Part shown: in pieces, positions 31,079 through 40,912 of the stretch
Numbering within the stretch: the stretch's first letter is position 1
How the letters are laid out: every line of letters begins with the position of its first letter
Assembly (NCBI GenBank): GCA_019057385.1
Contig: JAHQJS010000006.1
Location: 709,038 to 773,037 of the forward strand
DNA length: 64,000 nucleotides
Direction of reading: 5' to 3'
DNA from: Candidatus Borrarchaeum weybense
GTDB lineage: Archaea; Asgardarchaeota; Sifarchaeia; Borrarchaeales; Borrarchaeaceae
The notes under the pieces: generated by a model
What the model was told of the DNA's origin: nothing
Database searches by the model: none
Seen by the model: the letters and a program-made list of their open reading frames with translations, nothing else
Program-made: the position numbers and the translations under genes

Positions 31079-31400
31079 CTACTATACTGACCCAGTCCTA
31101 GGACTTGAGCTTGCAATTCCCGGCTTTGAGGTAATGATCCCCTTAGGAATTGCAAGAGGAATAATCTACGTTCTTGTCCTCATCTTACCCATGGCAATGG
31201 CTAAACTTAAGAAATGGAAATTAGTCCTCTATTTAACTGCAATTCTAGCAGTTGTGGGTGCTATAGCCGGTTTTATTCCTCTCCAACTATGGCCAATAGC
31301 TCTTCGTGTGACACATGGCTTAGAAATAACTGCAGATTCCTTTTTTCATAGCCTCGTGATCGTTAAAGTGTTAGACAAGTTCTCAAAAGAGCAGATCTAA
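31077..31400 (+). pseudogene. Membrane protein, 3' part (continuation of 28612)
   Basis: In frame with the 5' part after IS removal; the first ~10 codons of ORF 31047 are IS sequence. Confidence 0.85.
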
Positions 31401-31413
31401 ATGCCTGTTCAAG

Positions 31414-31465
31414 TTTAACTTATGCGGCGGGAAGTCCCCATCCGAAAGGCTGGGGAGGATGTCAC
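31414..31465 (+). mobile_element. ~50-nt single-hairpin IS200/IS605-type mini-element
   Basis: TTTAACTTATGCGGCGG-GAAG-TCCCCATCC-GAAA-GGCTGGGGA-GGATG-TCAC. Confidence 0.7.
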
Positions 31466-31818
31466 ATGTGCAATTTTGTATCAAAAAAAAGCATTTGATC
31501 AATTCGTATTAATAAAACTCCATAATTTGAATTGCATTAAAGCATCATTTTACTAGCGAACTTTTACGTACCTAAATAAATTAGGTATCAGGAAACTGAA
31601 AAAAACACACCATATCGACTTGGAAAAGCACGATGAAAGCGATTTCCTAGAGAAAATGATATCTTTTCCTAAAACTTAAAAATTTTGTGCTGGATTATGC
31701 AACACGTTAGGGAATTACAATGATCCTTCCCATAAGTTCGAAGCGTTCGATCATTGATTTCAGCGCATTCATTACATCATTTATAAAAGAACGAAAAGAA
31801 CCGTTTACGGCTCTTGTC

Positions 31819-32388
31819 CTAATATTCGTGTTTTCTCGCCCAAACAGGTGATATGATTTCGCTAAGTTGAGGCATTGTAATGAGGCTTGTCAACATTTTC
31901 TTCTTTCGATCCATCGTAGCATAAATATTCCTTTCTGGCTTTCGAAAATCCCAAAATGTTCCGTGCTCTGTGAAGAATGTTAATCCTATATTACGAGCAA
32001 ATTTCTCACAAAATTCTTTGAGATCGTTCTTATAATCATTATCTTTTGGTTCAGGAATTACAACATAGGCATAATCTGCTCCTTGAAACAGTAAAACTAA
32101 TGCTTGCTCTATACCATGTCCAAATGACGGCTCATAGTATGTTTCGACTTTTTTAGTATAACCTTTTACCTCGTAGCCATGTAACCAAAGCTCAGTGGTG
32201 TGATCACGTTTTATTCTATGAAATCTGGCGATGTCGAACTCACGATAGAAAAATGATTTATCCCTCCCTTCGCTCGTTCGATAGGTCCAACCTTTCCAGT
32301 TCCTTGCAAAACAATCATCCCTGTGTAAATTTGTTAAATAATCCCATAATTTATCGTGAATATTCTTTTCGATGAATTGCTCATCCAT
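31819..32388 (-). CDS. PD-(D/E)XK-fold nuclease-like protein
   Basis: EFDIARF..GYEVKG..GIEQAL..GADYAYVVIP pattern; probable start MDEQF within ORF 31819-32454. Confidence 0.65.
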   Translation of the reverse strand: MDEQFIEKNIHDKLWDYLTNLHRDDCFARNWKGWTYRTSEGRDKSFFYREFDIARFHRIKRDHTTELWLHGYEVKGYTKKVETYYEPSFGHGIEQALVLLFQGADYAYVVIPEPKDNDYKNDLKEFCEKFARNIGLTFFTEHGTFWDFRKPERNIYATMDRKKKMLTSLITMPQLSEIISPVWARKHEY

Positions 32389-32404
32389 TTGACTCACACT
32401 TTTC

Positions 32405-33358
32405 CTAAAGTAAGTATGACAGTATTCCAACGAGAAATGGAATGACAGTAACAACCTTTACTAAAGGTTTAAAGGGATGCGAGGGTGTATACTCTAATCT
32501 GTTTAACAGTGCTTGCGCATTTGCGATTCTATGTTGAAACAATGAATCATTTGGATTTCTTTCAGCCTCTAAATATAGCTTGTTGATTTCAAGTTTCTGT
32601 GCGTAAATAAATTCTTTGAGCAACGATCTATATGAAATAAAATGGCGCAAGATTACAATTAGATAAACTACTGGAGTTATAAGGAAAAGTATTGCAATAA
32701 CTCCCATATAAAAACGAGGAGATGTCACTTCTAATGATCTAAGCAGTAAAAGTATTAAACATGCACCTGCTGTCAACCATATACAAATGGAAAATATCAG
32801 TGAGAGTTTCAAGGAACCCATTTTTGTAAAGCATTCCCATAATGTTTGAAAATCCCAGTTCAATTTTACTTTCTTTAATTCATATCGAACTTTTAATTCA
32901 TTTTCGTCCATATGAAATACTACGTAATCGTCGACGTTTTCACCACTTTCTGACAAGTCCTTAAAAATTTGCTGGAGATAAGTCTCAGAATCGGTCAAAC
33001 GCACTGGTTTGGCTTCGCTGTAACCATAATATATGAGAAAAATTCCAACTGCAGCCAACGTCGATAATGCTACCGAATAAAAATACAATCTAGTCGATGG
33101 CGTGTTTAAATCTACTTCAAAAATTACTGATTTTCCTTCGGCAATTGTGGAATTGACCTCATTTATCAGCAATACAAAAAACAAAATTCCTAAAATAAAA
33201 AAAATAATGCCTGCCTTGATATAGCGTTTTGTTCTCTTCGATCTCGTCTCCAGATACGAAAGAAAATTCATATTTTCTAGTTCATTAACATCGATATCAG
33301 CATATATGTCCAAATAGTAGGGAAGTGGCTTCTGTAGTTCAAAAGAAGACATAAGCAT
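32405..33358 (-). CDS. Membrane protein (4-5 TM)
   Basis: Two pairs of hydrophobic helices plus a hydrophobic C-terminus; 35 bp downstream of the TIR gene. Confidence 0.7.
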   Translation of the reverse strand: MLMSSFELQKPLPYYLDIYADIDVNELENMNFLSYLETRSKRTKRYIKAGIIFFILGILFFVLLINEVNSTIAEGKSVIFEVDLNTPSTRLYFYSVALSTLAAVGIFLIYYGYSEAKPVRLTDSETYLQQIFKDLSESGENVDDYVVFHMDENELKVRYELKKVKLNWDFQTLWECFTKMGSLKLSLIFSICIWLTAGACLILLLLRSLEVTSPRFYMGVIAILFLITPVVYLIVILRHFISYRSLLKEFIYAQKLEINKLYLEAERNPNDSLFQHRIANAQALLNRLEYTPSHPFKPLVKVVTVIPFLVGILSYLL

Positions 33359-33392
33359 CCTCCTTGCAAATACTTAGTTTTTATATTATAAG

Positions 33393-33875
33393 CTATTTAC
33401 CTGCCCGTTTAGCTTCTTTCTCTACCCAGTTACCAAAGTTAGTGTAGCCATCGTCAGACACCCAATCATATGTAGGGTATATTTCTGAAAGGTTCTTGCC
33501 ATCGCTCTTTCTTTTTAATTTGGTAAATGGATTTTTTCCTTTCTTATCAGTTTTCTTATTTTCGTTTTTGAGTTTGTGAATATAAACTCCTAAAAGACCG
33601 TTTCCTTTTTCAAAACTCTTTTTTATCTCATACTCGACCCATTCTCTTTCATATGTCTCTGTTCCTATCAATACAGCTGTAACAGACGTATTTCTTAATG
33701 CTTCGTCAATCAGTTTCATCAACGCTTTATCACCTTTCGTCTTAGCCTCCTCCCAGAGGGATGCGTCCCAAAAACCAGCGTCTTCCCTATCCTTAGTTAC
33801 CCAGCTATTTCTGACTCGATTCGCACGCCATATGTCTCTATCGTAGTGAAAGCTGAAAAATACTCTTCTTATCAC
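33393..33875 (-). CDS. TIR-domain protein (ThsB/MTH538, DUF1863-like)
   Basis: RRVFFSFHY..RANRVRNSW..TSVTAVLIG..WVEYEI (catalytic Glu context). Confidence 0.88.
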   Translation of the reverse strand: MIRRVFFSFHYDRDIWRANRVRNSWVTKDREDAGFWDASLWEEAKTKGDKALMKLIDEALRNTSVTAVLIGTETYEREWVEYEIKKSFEKGNGLLGVYIHKLKNENKKTDKKGKNPFTKLKRKSDGKNLSEIYPTYDWVSDDGYTNFGNWVEKEAKRAGK

Positions 33876-33894
33876 TTTAACACCTCCCTTCCTT

Positions 33895-34332
33895 CTATAC
33901 TAAGATTAGAATACTGAAGTATAATCCTAATACTATCAAAATCACTGTTATTATACCATAGAAACAGCCTAGAGTTATAGAACGCATAATTCTAAGTTGT
34001 GACTGGACTTCATCTTTAAATCTGTAAGCATTCATGTCAAATAAATATTCGTCTGTCTTCAGCCTATTTTTGATAACCCATTCATACAACTTTCTATACA
34101 TTCGTTCCTGCCTTAAGTAGTATGCATCTAAAAACCAAAAAAGAAACAAAGGAATGAATGCAATCAAAACTTGATACAGAGTCCCTTCAAGCAGTAAAAT
34201 CGCAACAACTAAAGTTATAGCCCATCCTTTTATTAAAAATGAATTAAAACCCATTCGCTTTATGATGTCTTGGATTATTTCGGCTTCCTTTAGCATACAT
34301 TCTAGTCTATCTTTAGGCTCCATACTCATCAT
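33895..34332 (-). CDS. Small 3-TM protein, candidate TIR-associated effector
   Basis: IQDIIKRMGFNSFLIKGWAITLV..FWFLDAYYLRQERMYRKLY; 20 bp upstream of the TIR gene. Confidence 0.75.
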   Translation of the reverse strand: MMSMEPKDRLECMLKEAEIIQDIIKRMGFNSFLIKGWAITLVVAILLLEGTLYQVLIAFIPLFLFWFLDAYYLRQERMYRKLYEWVIKNRLKTDEYLFDMNAYRFKDEVQSQLRIMRSITLGCFYGIITVILIVLGLYFSILILV

Positions 34333-34530
34333 CTTTTCATGACAAGGAAAGCATCCCTGTAAAATATCACTTTGTTTTCCTGATTATAATAAATGAAAAA
34401 ATATAAACCTTCTGTTACGAAAACGTATAGCCCGATCTCGCCAAAATTAATACACTAAAGAAATTTTTTATAATTATAGGACGATAAAAAATATAGTTTT
34501 ATCGGTTAAAAATTTATCGTGTCTATGATA

Positions 34531-35013
34531 TCAGCAATCTGAGATCATAAGATCTTCACCAACAACGAGACCAAAAAGAATAGCGACACCAATTAACAGC
34601 ACCCATAAGAATTCAGGATAATCGATTAGCACGAAAAGTTTCACTGGGAGAAACAATAAAACCCTAAAGATAAAAGAACGAACAAGTCGCGCCACCCTAT
34701 CCCAAAACCCTACATCTATGCAAGGATGGAACTTACGGAACTTAGGATCACGCAAAAAAGCATATTCAATTCTATCTATAGAAAATATGGTGAGTTCTCG
34801 ATAAAAAATGCCAAAAAGTGCGAAAACAAGAGCAAAGAAGTGTAACCCTAGACATTTGGAAGTGGTCAAAATCACAATGGAAGCTGATGATGCGACAGTA
34901 GCTATGACGAGTGTTGAGTTCTCCCGTGTCTGCGCTTTATCTCTTATGGTCTCATACTTAATTTTATCCTCATTGTTTTTAGACATCTGAATCCAAATTG
35001 GAATTATGTTCAC
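34531..35013 (-). CDS. Membrane protein
   Basis: About 4 hydrophobic segments. Confidence 0.6.
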   Translation of the reverse strand: MNIIPIWIQMSKNNEDKIKYETIRDKAQTRENSTLVIATVASSASIVILTTSKCLGLHFFALVFALFGIFYRELTIFSIDRIEYAFLRDPKFRKFHPCIDVGFWDRVARLVRSFIFRVLLFLPVKLFVLIDYPEFLWVLLIGVAILFGLVVGEDLMISDC

Positions 35014-35110
35014 CTTAGATATTTAAATCTGAATAAAAAATGTTCTTCAAATGATCACAGCACAAATTGGATTTTTTGTGCAGGATAGGTGAAATTATCA
35101 GCTTAAACTA

Positions 35111-35833
35111 TCAGGAAGTGATTTTTTCTAACCAATCAATTCGATTCTCTATTTCACTAATCTGTTGTTCAATTTTATTGATTGTTTTTTCTCCAAATCT
35201 TTTCAATTCTTCTATTTTAGCTTTTAAAGCTTGAAGAACCTCTTGATGTTGCGTTTTATGATCTAATTTATTATTTAATAATCTGAAAAACTCGTTTATA
35301 GCTTCAGAGCCATCTTCTCGGTCAAATTTGTCCCTTAGTCTTTTATGAATCATGATCTCTTTTTCCTCAAGCCAACTTTTTCTAACTTCTTTCCCTTCAA
35401 GAATCGGATGCGTCAAAACACGAGAAAAATCCTCCCACATTTCTGGATAATTAACAAATGTTTGAGGGAGATGCTGAGCTATTGAATACCAAATTGCGAG
35501 TCTTATGGTTTGTTTTCCTGCATACCACCAAACTCTACATTCCCATAGTTTATCACTAAAATCCTCTAAGTCGTTTCTTATTTCAGGCGAAATTGAATCA
35601 GGAAAATTTGACCATGTGTTACCATGAAATGTGAAATCTAACGTTTGTTCAATTTCGACCTCAATTCTCCTTTTCACGTTTTTGTAGTCTTCACGAAGCT
35701 CCGACTTTATTGCCTTTTCTAAATTACGTTTCTCTTCCTGTCCTTGAAGATATGGTCTAATGACATAATACCATAATCCAGTTCCAAAAGTCCCCAATGT
35801 TCCAAATGCAATGATTACGTAATACCATTCCAT
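35111..35833 (-). CDS. N-terminal TM anchor plus helical domain, hypothetical
   Basis: Hydrophobic residues 3-26, then charged helices. Confidence 0.75.
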   Translation of the reverse strand: MEWYYVIIAFGTLGTFGTGLWYYVIRPYLQGQEEKRNLEKAIKSELREDYKNVKRRIEVEIEQTLDFTFHGNTWSNFPDSISPEIRNDLEDFSDKLWECRVWWYAGKQTIRLAIWYSIAQHLPQTFVNYPEMWEDFSRVLTHPILEGKEVRKSWLEEKEIMIHKRLRDKFDREDGSEAINEFFRLLNNKLDHKTQHQEVLQALKAKIEELKRFGEKTINKIEQQISEIENRIDWLEKITS

Positions 35834-35839
35834 CCCGCT

Positions 35840-36517
35840 TCACCTATTTTCTTTATCCTTTTTAGCTTGTTCGAGTTGCTCTAATAACTGTTTATTTTCC
35901 TCTTCAATATCTTTGGGTGTGTAAGTTATTACTTTTATCTTTCGAAATCCAGAAGCAATTTTAGAGAGAGAATCTTGTAGCTTTTCAAGATTCTTAACAA
36001 TTTTGTACATAGGTGGCTCCCCAACTTGAGATAATCCGACTAATTCTGAAAAATCAATAGAATATGTTTCTTTAAAGTTCTTACCTATACTATTCTCGTA
36101 AATAACTTCAAATTCAAAGGGGCGGTCAATTTTCTCTTCAAACTTTTCAACCATACTTGTTAAAAAGAATCGTAGTCCTTGGTTAGGTGCTAGGTATGCC
36201 AAACCTTTTTTCATAAATCCTAAATCTGAGAGAAATTTACCGTCTCTATATTCAAAATCAGGATCAATCTTAAATTTTATATTATAGGCTGTATCAAATC
36301 CGATGTTTTGGATGATCATATCTACAAAATTGATCCATTCCTCTCTCGGTTGAGCAATTATGGAGATTTTTGGCTCTGTTTGAACCTCTCTCATTCTTTT
36401 GGTTTCTGAAACCAGTCTCCACGTCAAAAGAGCATACACTACTGTTGCAATAGCAACTATAGCAGAAAATATAATAACAAATGCTCCACTATTTTGGTTT
36501 AAAAACTCTAAACTCAT
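35840..36517 (-). CDS. N-terminal TM anchor plus beta-rich domain, hypothetical
   Basis: VAIATVVYALLTWRLVSET..P.ISI..IQNIG..AYNI pattern. Confidence 0.8.
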   Translation of the reverse strand: MSLEFLNQNSGAFVIIFSAIVAIATVVYALLTWRLVSETKRMREVQTEPKISIIAQPREEWINFVDMIIQNIGFDTAYNIKFKIDPDFEYRDGKFLSDLGFMKKGLAYLAPNQGLRFFLTSMVEKFEEKIDRPFEFEVIYENSIGKNFKETYSIDFSELVGLSQVGEPPMYKIVKNLEKLQDSLSKIASGFRKIKVITYTPKDIEEENKQLLEQLEQAKKDKENR

Positions 36518-36538
36518 CGTTTTCGCCTTAGATCTTTA

Positions 36539-37051
36539 TTATAAAAGAACTGGGCTTCTTAGTCGTTCTCTAACAAATTGCTCGACTTCTTTAAGCAGTT
36601 CTTCATATCTATCTTTATTCTCCTGATTTTCTTCTACAACATTCCTTGCAAACTCTTCATCTACAGAATGTAGATATTCTTCTTTACCAAATAAATATTC
36701 TTTAAAGACCTTAAACAGCCTTTTTAATTCCTCGAAATGATATCTTTCTATAATTACCCGTTCCTGATTAACCATACGCTCTGAATCTTTAAGTTGGTCA
36801 GCAAATGTCTTCAAATTGGACACATTCGGTTCTTCCCATAAAGCATCAGCGGTATTTTTTAAAGTGTCTAAAGATTTCCATAAATCTCTATAAACTTCAA
36901 ATTGAGTCCTTTGCATTCGATCCGCAACTTGACTTCTGAGAACTCTTCGGCTTTTGTACCATTCTAATGTTATGTTAGTTAGCAGTGCAATGAATGAACC
37001 AAAAACTGAAGAAATTATTATTATAATTAATGTTGCATCTATTACCTCCAT
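36539..37051 (-). CDS. N-terminal TM anchor plus helical domain, hypothetical
   Basis: GGAGG upstream; TM at residues 7-29. Confidence 0.75.
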   Translation of the reverse strand: MEVIDATLIIIIISSVFGSFIALLTNITLEWYKSRRVLRSQVADRMQRTQFEVYRDLWKSLDTLKNTADALWEEPNVSNLKTFADQLKDSERMVNQERVIIERYHFEELKRLFKVFKEYLFGKEEYLHSVDEEFARNVVEENQENKDRYEELLKEVEQFVRERLRSPVLL

Positions 37052-37121
37052 CTTTGTCCCTCCGTACTGTAGATTAAATCAAAAAATCTAAATAATGAAC
37101 TATTCTCTTGTTTTTATAATA

Positions 37122-37904
37122 TTAAAGTTTGGCTCCGTAAGGTTTCTTTATTCGTTCTTTGAGCATGTTTCTTAGTCTATTCAATTCGTGCAGTATTTGT
37201 TCTCTAAACCTTTCGAATTCAAGAATCTCAGGAAGAGAGGCTACTTCCTCTTTCAATGCTTGGAGTTCTCTAAGATACTCTTCCTCTGATAATGAATATA
37301 TTAAGCGATGTTCTAATTCTTGCCTAATATATCCTTCTGACTCGATCCTATTCAAGAAAATAAATTTGGAAATATGATTCCTTATAAGCTCTGTTAATGT
37401 GTTCTTTGCATCTTCGATATTTATGTTAAATTTGTTTCTATTTAGTTCACGTGTTGGTTCATTTGTGAATGTATGCCCATTTGCTTCTACTTTTACTTTT
37501 ATTTTCCTTTCAAACCATATGTCCGTAATTTTTCTGGTCGCATTCTGAAATTTATCGTTATGTGTTGAACAGTCGCTAAGATATAATTGATTCAGTTTAT
37601 TCCTAAGTACATCCTCAATGAAGAGGTCTCTATAATCGTTACGAATAGTATTCCACTGCGTATTTCCGATGCTATGAGGAAGTAAATCATATTTTTCTAC
37701 AAGAGCGAAATAAGAATGCATTTCCTTGTAAAGAGGCACAAATATCTCCTCAACATTCTTTAGAATGTATTCTCTCTTCCAAGCTCGATTCTGCCCCCAT
37801 CTTTGCACTAAATAAGTGCCAATGAAACCGAGAGCTGCACCGATAACTAAAAAGACAAGAGCACTAACAATGGAGGTATCTGGAGTGGCTTGCATTTCAA
37901 TCAC
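37122..37904 (-). CDS. N-terminal TM anchor plus helical domain, hypothetical
   Basis: TM at residues 12-33. Confidence 0.75.
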   Translation of the reverse strand: MIEMQATPDTSIVSALVFLVIGAALGFIGTYLVQRWGQNRAWKREYILKNVEEIFVPLYKEMHSYFALVEKYDLLPHSIGNTQWNTIRNDYRDLFIEDVLRNKLNQLYLSDCSTHNDKFQNATRKITDIWFERKIKVKVEANGHTFTNEPTRELNRNKFNINIEDAKNTLTELIRNHISKFIFLNRIESEGYIRQELEHRLIYSLSEEEYLRELQALKEEVASLPEILEFERFREQILHELNRLRNMLKERIKKPYGAKL

Positions 37905-37999
37905 AACGAAAAAAATATCATTAATGCGCGGTAGATTTCATATGCATTTTTGTACGTTTTGGATAAATTTTGGTACTATTTCAACATTAATTTATACAC

Positions 38000-38353
38000 C
38001 TATATATTATCTTCATCATCGAACTCAAATTCGCATTCACATTCGTGTTCATCTTCATCTTCGTATTCATCCTCATAATCTGTCCAATCAATATCATCTT
38101 TGTTTGTGTTTAATTTTTTGGCAACAGCTTCTTCGAGGTCATTTTCGGTAACGCATATCATTACTGTCTCTTGTGTACCTGCCTGAACTCCAATACCTCC
38201 GAAGGATACGCCTCCTGATTTTCCCTGTGTCCCTGGGAAGCATACCATTTTTGTCTGCTTTTCTTCCTCATCATTCAAATCAACGCACTCTATTTCGACT
38301 TTCTCATCAACTTTCTGTTTTTTACACGCATATTTCTTTTCTTTTTTACCCAT
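38000..38353 (-). CDS. Small Cys-containing protein with very acidic C-terminal tail
   Basis: GGAGGTGA upstream; tail DYEDEYEDEDEHECECEFEFDDED. Confidence 0.7.
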   Translation of the reverse strand: MGKKEKKYACKKQKVDEKVEIECVDLNDEEEKQTKMVCFPGTQGKSGGVSFGGIGVQAGTQETVMICVTENDLEEAVAKKLNTNKDDIDWTDYEDEYEDEDEHECECEFEFDDEDNI

Positions 38354-38941
38354 ACACTCACCTCCTAACCAGTTATTGACCAGAAAAGGTTAATATTGAA
38401 CATCTGAAAAGGTAAGTTAACACAAGAACAAGTATGATGGCTAAAATTAACTTTACACTATTCCCTTCCGCATAATGATTTGACTTCATTCATTTTATTT
38501 TATTCTTCTTGTCTATTGGTCTTTTTTCTAATGAAATACGTATGTAATTGCATCTTCCATGAAGATAAGACTTCTAAAAATATAAATCTTCCGCATTAAA
38601 AACATACAAAGGGTTAGTCACTACAAGAGAGACGTCGTACAGAAAAAAGTGGTTAGATTTCGACAAAATTAATTAGGTATTTATTAAAAACAACAAAACA
38701 CCAAAGTTCTATCAGTAAAATTCAGAGTGAAGAATGATACTGATAGCCTTTTCCACCAACAAAATGACAATGATGTTTTTCATGCCTCAAAAATCGTTTA
38801 ATGACCTATACTGGTGCCAGAAACTGCTATTTCACGATCATACTGGACATGAAAATAAGTTTAATCCTTGGATAGATACTGTCCCAAAATGACAATAAAT
38901 GAAAAATAGAGGGAATTTAAGTCACCAAAAAATCCCTGTTT

Positions 38942-39187
38942 TTAGAGATTGAAAAATCTGTGTAGTGCTCGTATTATTTTCTGTTTCAGTTCTCTTTCTT
39001 CTTCTTTTTCTTCATGGACTATCCCTGTTTGTAGAAAGATTTTAATTGCATCTTTTATCCTAACTACCTGACTTGGCTTCCTTTTTATCTCAATTGCGAT
39101 TTGATCATCTGGAGTTTCTTTACTGAGTAATTCCAAGATCAGATCTAACTCTTCGTCAGTGTAAGGCTTGTGTGCTTTTTCACTCAT
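38942..39187 (-). CDS. Small HTH/Myb-like DNA-binding protein
   Basis: YTDEELDLILEL..DDQIAIEIKRKPSQV; likely start MSEKA after GGAGG. Confidence 0.55.
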   Translation of the reverse strand: MSEKAHKPYTDEELDLILELLSKETPDDQIAIEIKRKPSQVVRIKDAIKIFLQTGIVHEEKEEERELKQKIIRALHRFFNL

Positions 39188-39290
39188 TGATTTATCCCTC
39201 CCTTTCAAAATATTGAGTACAAAACTTTTCGGTAATATCTTTTAGTTCTTTGCTATAAAAAGTTTACAAAGAAAAAAGTAAAAGAGGAAG

Positions 39291-40289
39291 TTATTCGAGT
39301 TTTTTGTATCCAAGTTTGGCAATCCCCACCACAATGATCACCGCTGTAACCATAACTGTTCCCAGACACATTCCTCCAACAACTCCTCCAGACTCAATTG
39401 TAACTGTTGTCGATGTTCCACCGCTTCCTGCGTTTGTTGAATCGAATTCGACATATAACTTCACTGAATCCTCAGACGTGCCAAAGGGCAGATCCTCTGC
39501 ACCCATGTTGAATGTGGCTATTTCTGTTGTTCCTGCCTTTATTGTTCCGATGTAGTCTGTATCCCCTCCACTGCTCAACATGGACTCGTCATATGATATT
39601 TCTACGCTCACACCAGTCGCATCTATGGCACCAACATTCTCTAATGTAACCTGTAGTTTGAAATCCTCATTTTCACTTACCCTGTTTGGACAGTCCACCT
39701 CTACTATCTTGACCTTTGCGTATTCTTCAGTTGGAGGTGGAGTCTCCTCTGGCGGTGGTGTTGTCTCATCAGGAGTCTCGTCGGGCGTCTCGTCAGGTGG
39801 TGGCGACGGTGATGTTGTTTCCTCACCTGGAATCTTAACAGTTCCATATGATTGCCAGCCAGTGGCTGATTCTGGGTCGGTAGCTAAGGGCACATCCTCC
39901 TTAAATGATGCACTGTAATAGACTGTGCCTGTTTGTCCTTCATCCACGTCAGATGAATACACATAAATTCCAAAGGTGTATGATATGCTTTCTCCTGCTG
40001 AATCGATCGTCCAATAGCCTGCTGTGTCCTCGTAAGTCTTATCAGGAAACTTCACTCTTGCACCAAGCTCAATATCGTGAACATCCCTCACATCCTCACC
40101 AAATGAATTGACTTTGAACTGCACTTTTACATCATTGTTTGAATCCAGCGACCATTCGCTATCGAAAGACATGGTGATTGTTGTCTGCGTTCCTTTATTT
40201 GTTTCCCAGTTGTCAGCTATGACTGTGCCTGTAAGTAGTAATAAGCCCAATAAAACCATCATTGAGAGTGTTGTTATTTTCCTCCCCAT
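39291..40289 (-). CDS. Secreted cell-surface protein: signal peptide, Ig-like domains, P/E/T linker, C-terminal TM anchor
   Basis: Signal MGRKITTLSMMVLLGLLLLTGTVIA; PPDETPDETPDETTPPPEETPPP linker; CARDB-like V.LENVG..A.GV; MCLGT-TM-KK tail. Confidence 0.85.
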   Translation of the reverse strand: MGRKITTLSMMVLLGLLLLTGTVIADNWETNKGTQTTITMSFDSEWSLDSNNDVKVQFKVNSFGEDVRDVHDIELGARVKFPDKTYEDTAGYWTIDSAGESISYTFGIYVYSSDVDEGQTGTVYYSASFKEDVPLATDPESATGWQSYGTVKIPGEETTSPSPPPDETPDETPDETTPPPEETPPPTEEYAKVKIVEVDCPNRVSENEDFKLQVTLENVGAIDATGVSVEISYDESMLSSGGDTDYIGTIKAGTTEIATFNMGAEDLPFGTSEDSVKLYVEFDSTNAGSGGTSTTVTIESGGVVGGMCLGTVMVTAVIIVVGIAKLGYKKLE

Positions 40290-40912
40290 TGTATCACCTC
40301 CCCATCTATCGTTTCTTTCTATTTGTAAAAGGTAAAACCTACTATAAAAGTCCTAAAGCCCCATTATATAACTACTACCTTAAAAATATTACTTCAATAA
40401 GTTCGAAACACCACAGCAAAAACAGAGAGCTGGATTCAATTCAACATAGAAGTTGGGAGCTGGAATAAGTGGAAGAAACAGCTGGAGAGCTGCAAACAGA
40501 CAGTTTCAGCCATATGAATGTATTTTTGGAAGAATATATGAATGATCGTAGATTGAATTTTTCTACTACCGTAAACGTAACCCATCACAAAAAATGATGT
40601 GAAAAATCCAGGGTTAGTCTATTCAACTATCACATGGACATTCGTGTTTTGGACGACTTTTACTTCGTTTAATGACGATTCTGTTGTGATCTATATAATT
40701 AAAAAGAGGAAAAACCAGATTAAAACTTTAGAAAAATAGAAGGAGGTGTGATTTTGATGCTTCTATCCATAACATGTCATATTGTTCAATTAGTAGTCAC
40801 ATATGGCATTATCATTGCATTTAAGGTTTAGTTTGTTTGCAGTCCTTGAGCGACAACGGAATCCATGATTTTCGCCTATAAGGTGATCCTTATACAAGGT
40901 TATTGAGAAATA

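Noticed and set aside
38600-40700. Weak similarity between intergenic stretches near 38610-38850 and 40610-40680 (GGGTTAGTC, GTTTAATGAC, TGGACAT)
   Set aside because: The matches are short, not colinear, and compatible with chance in AT-rich DNA.
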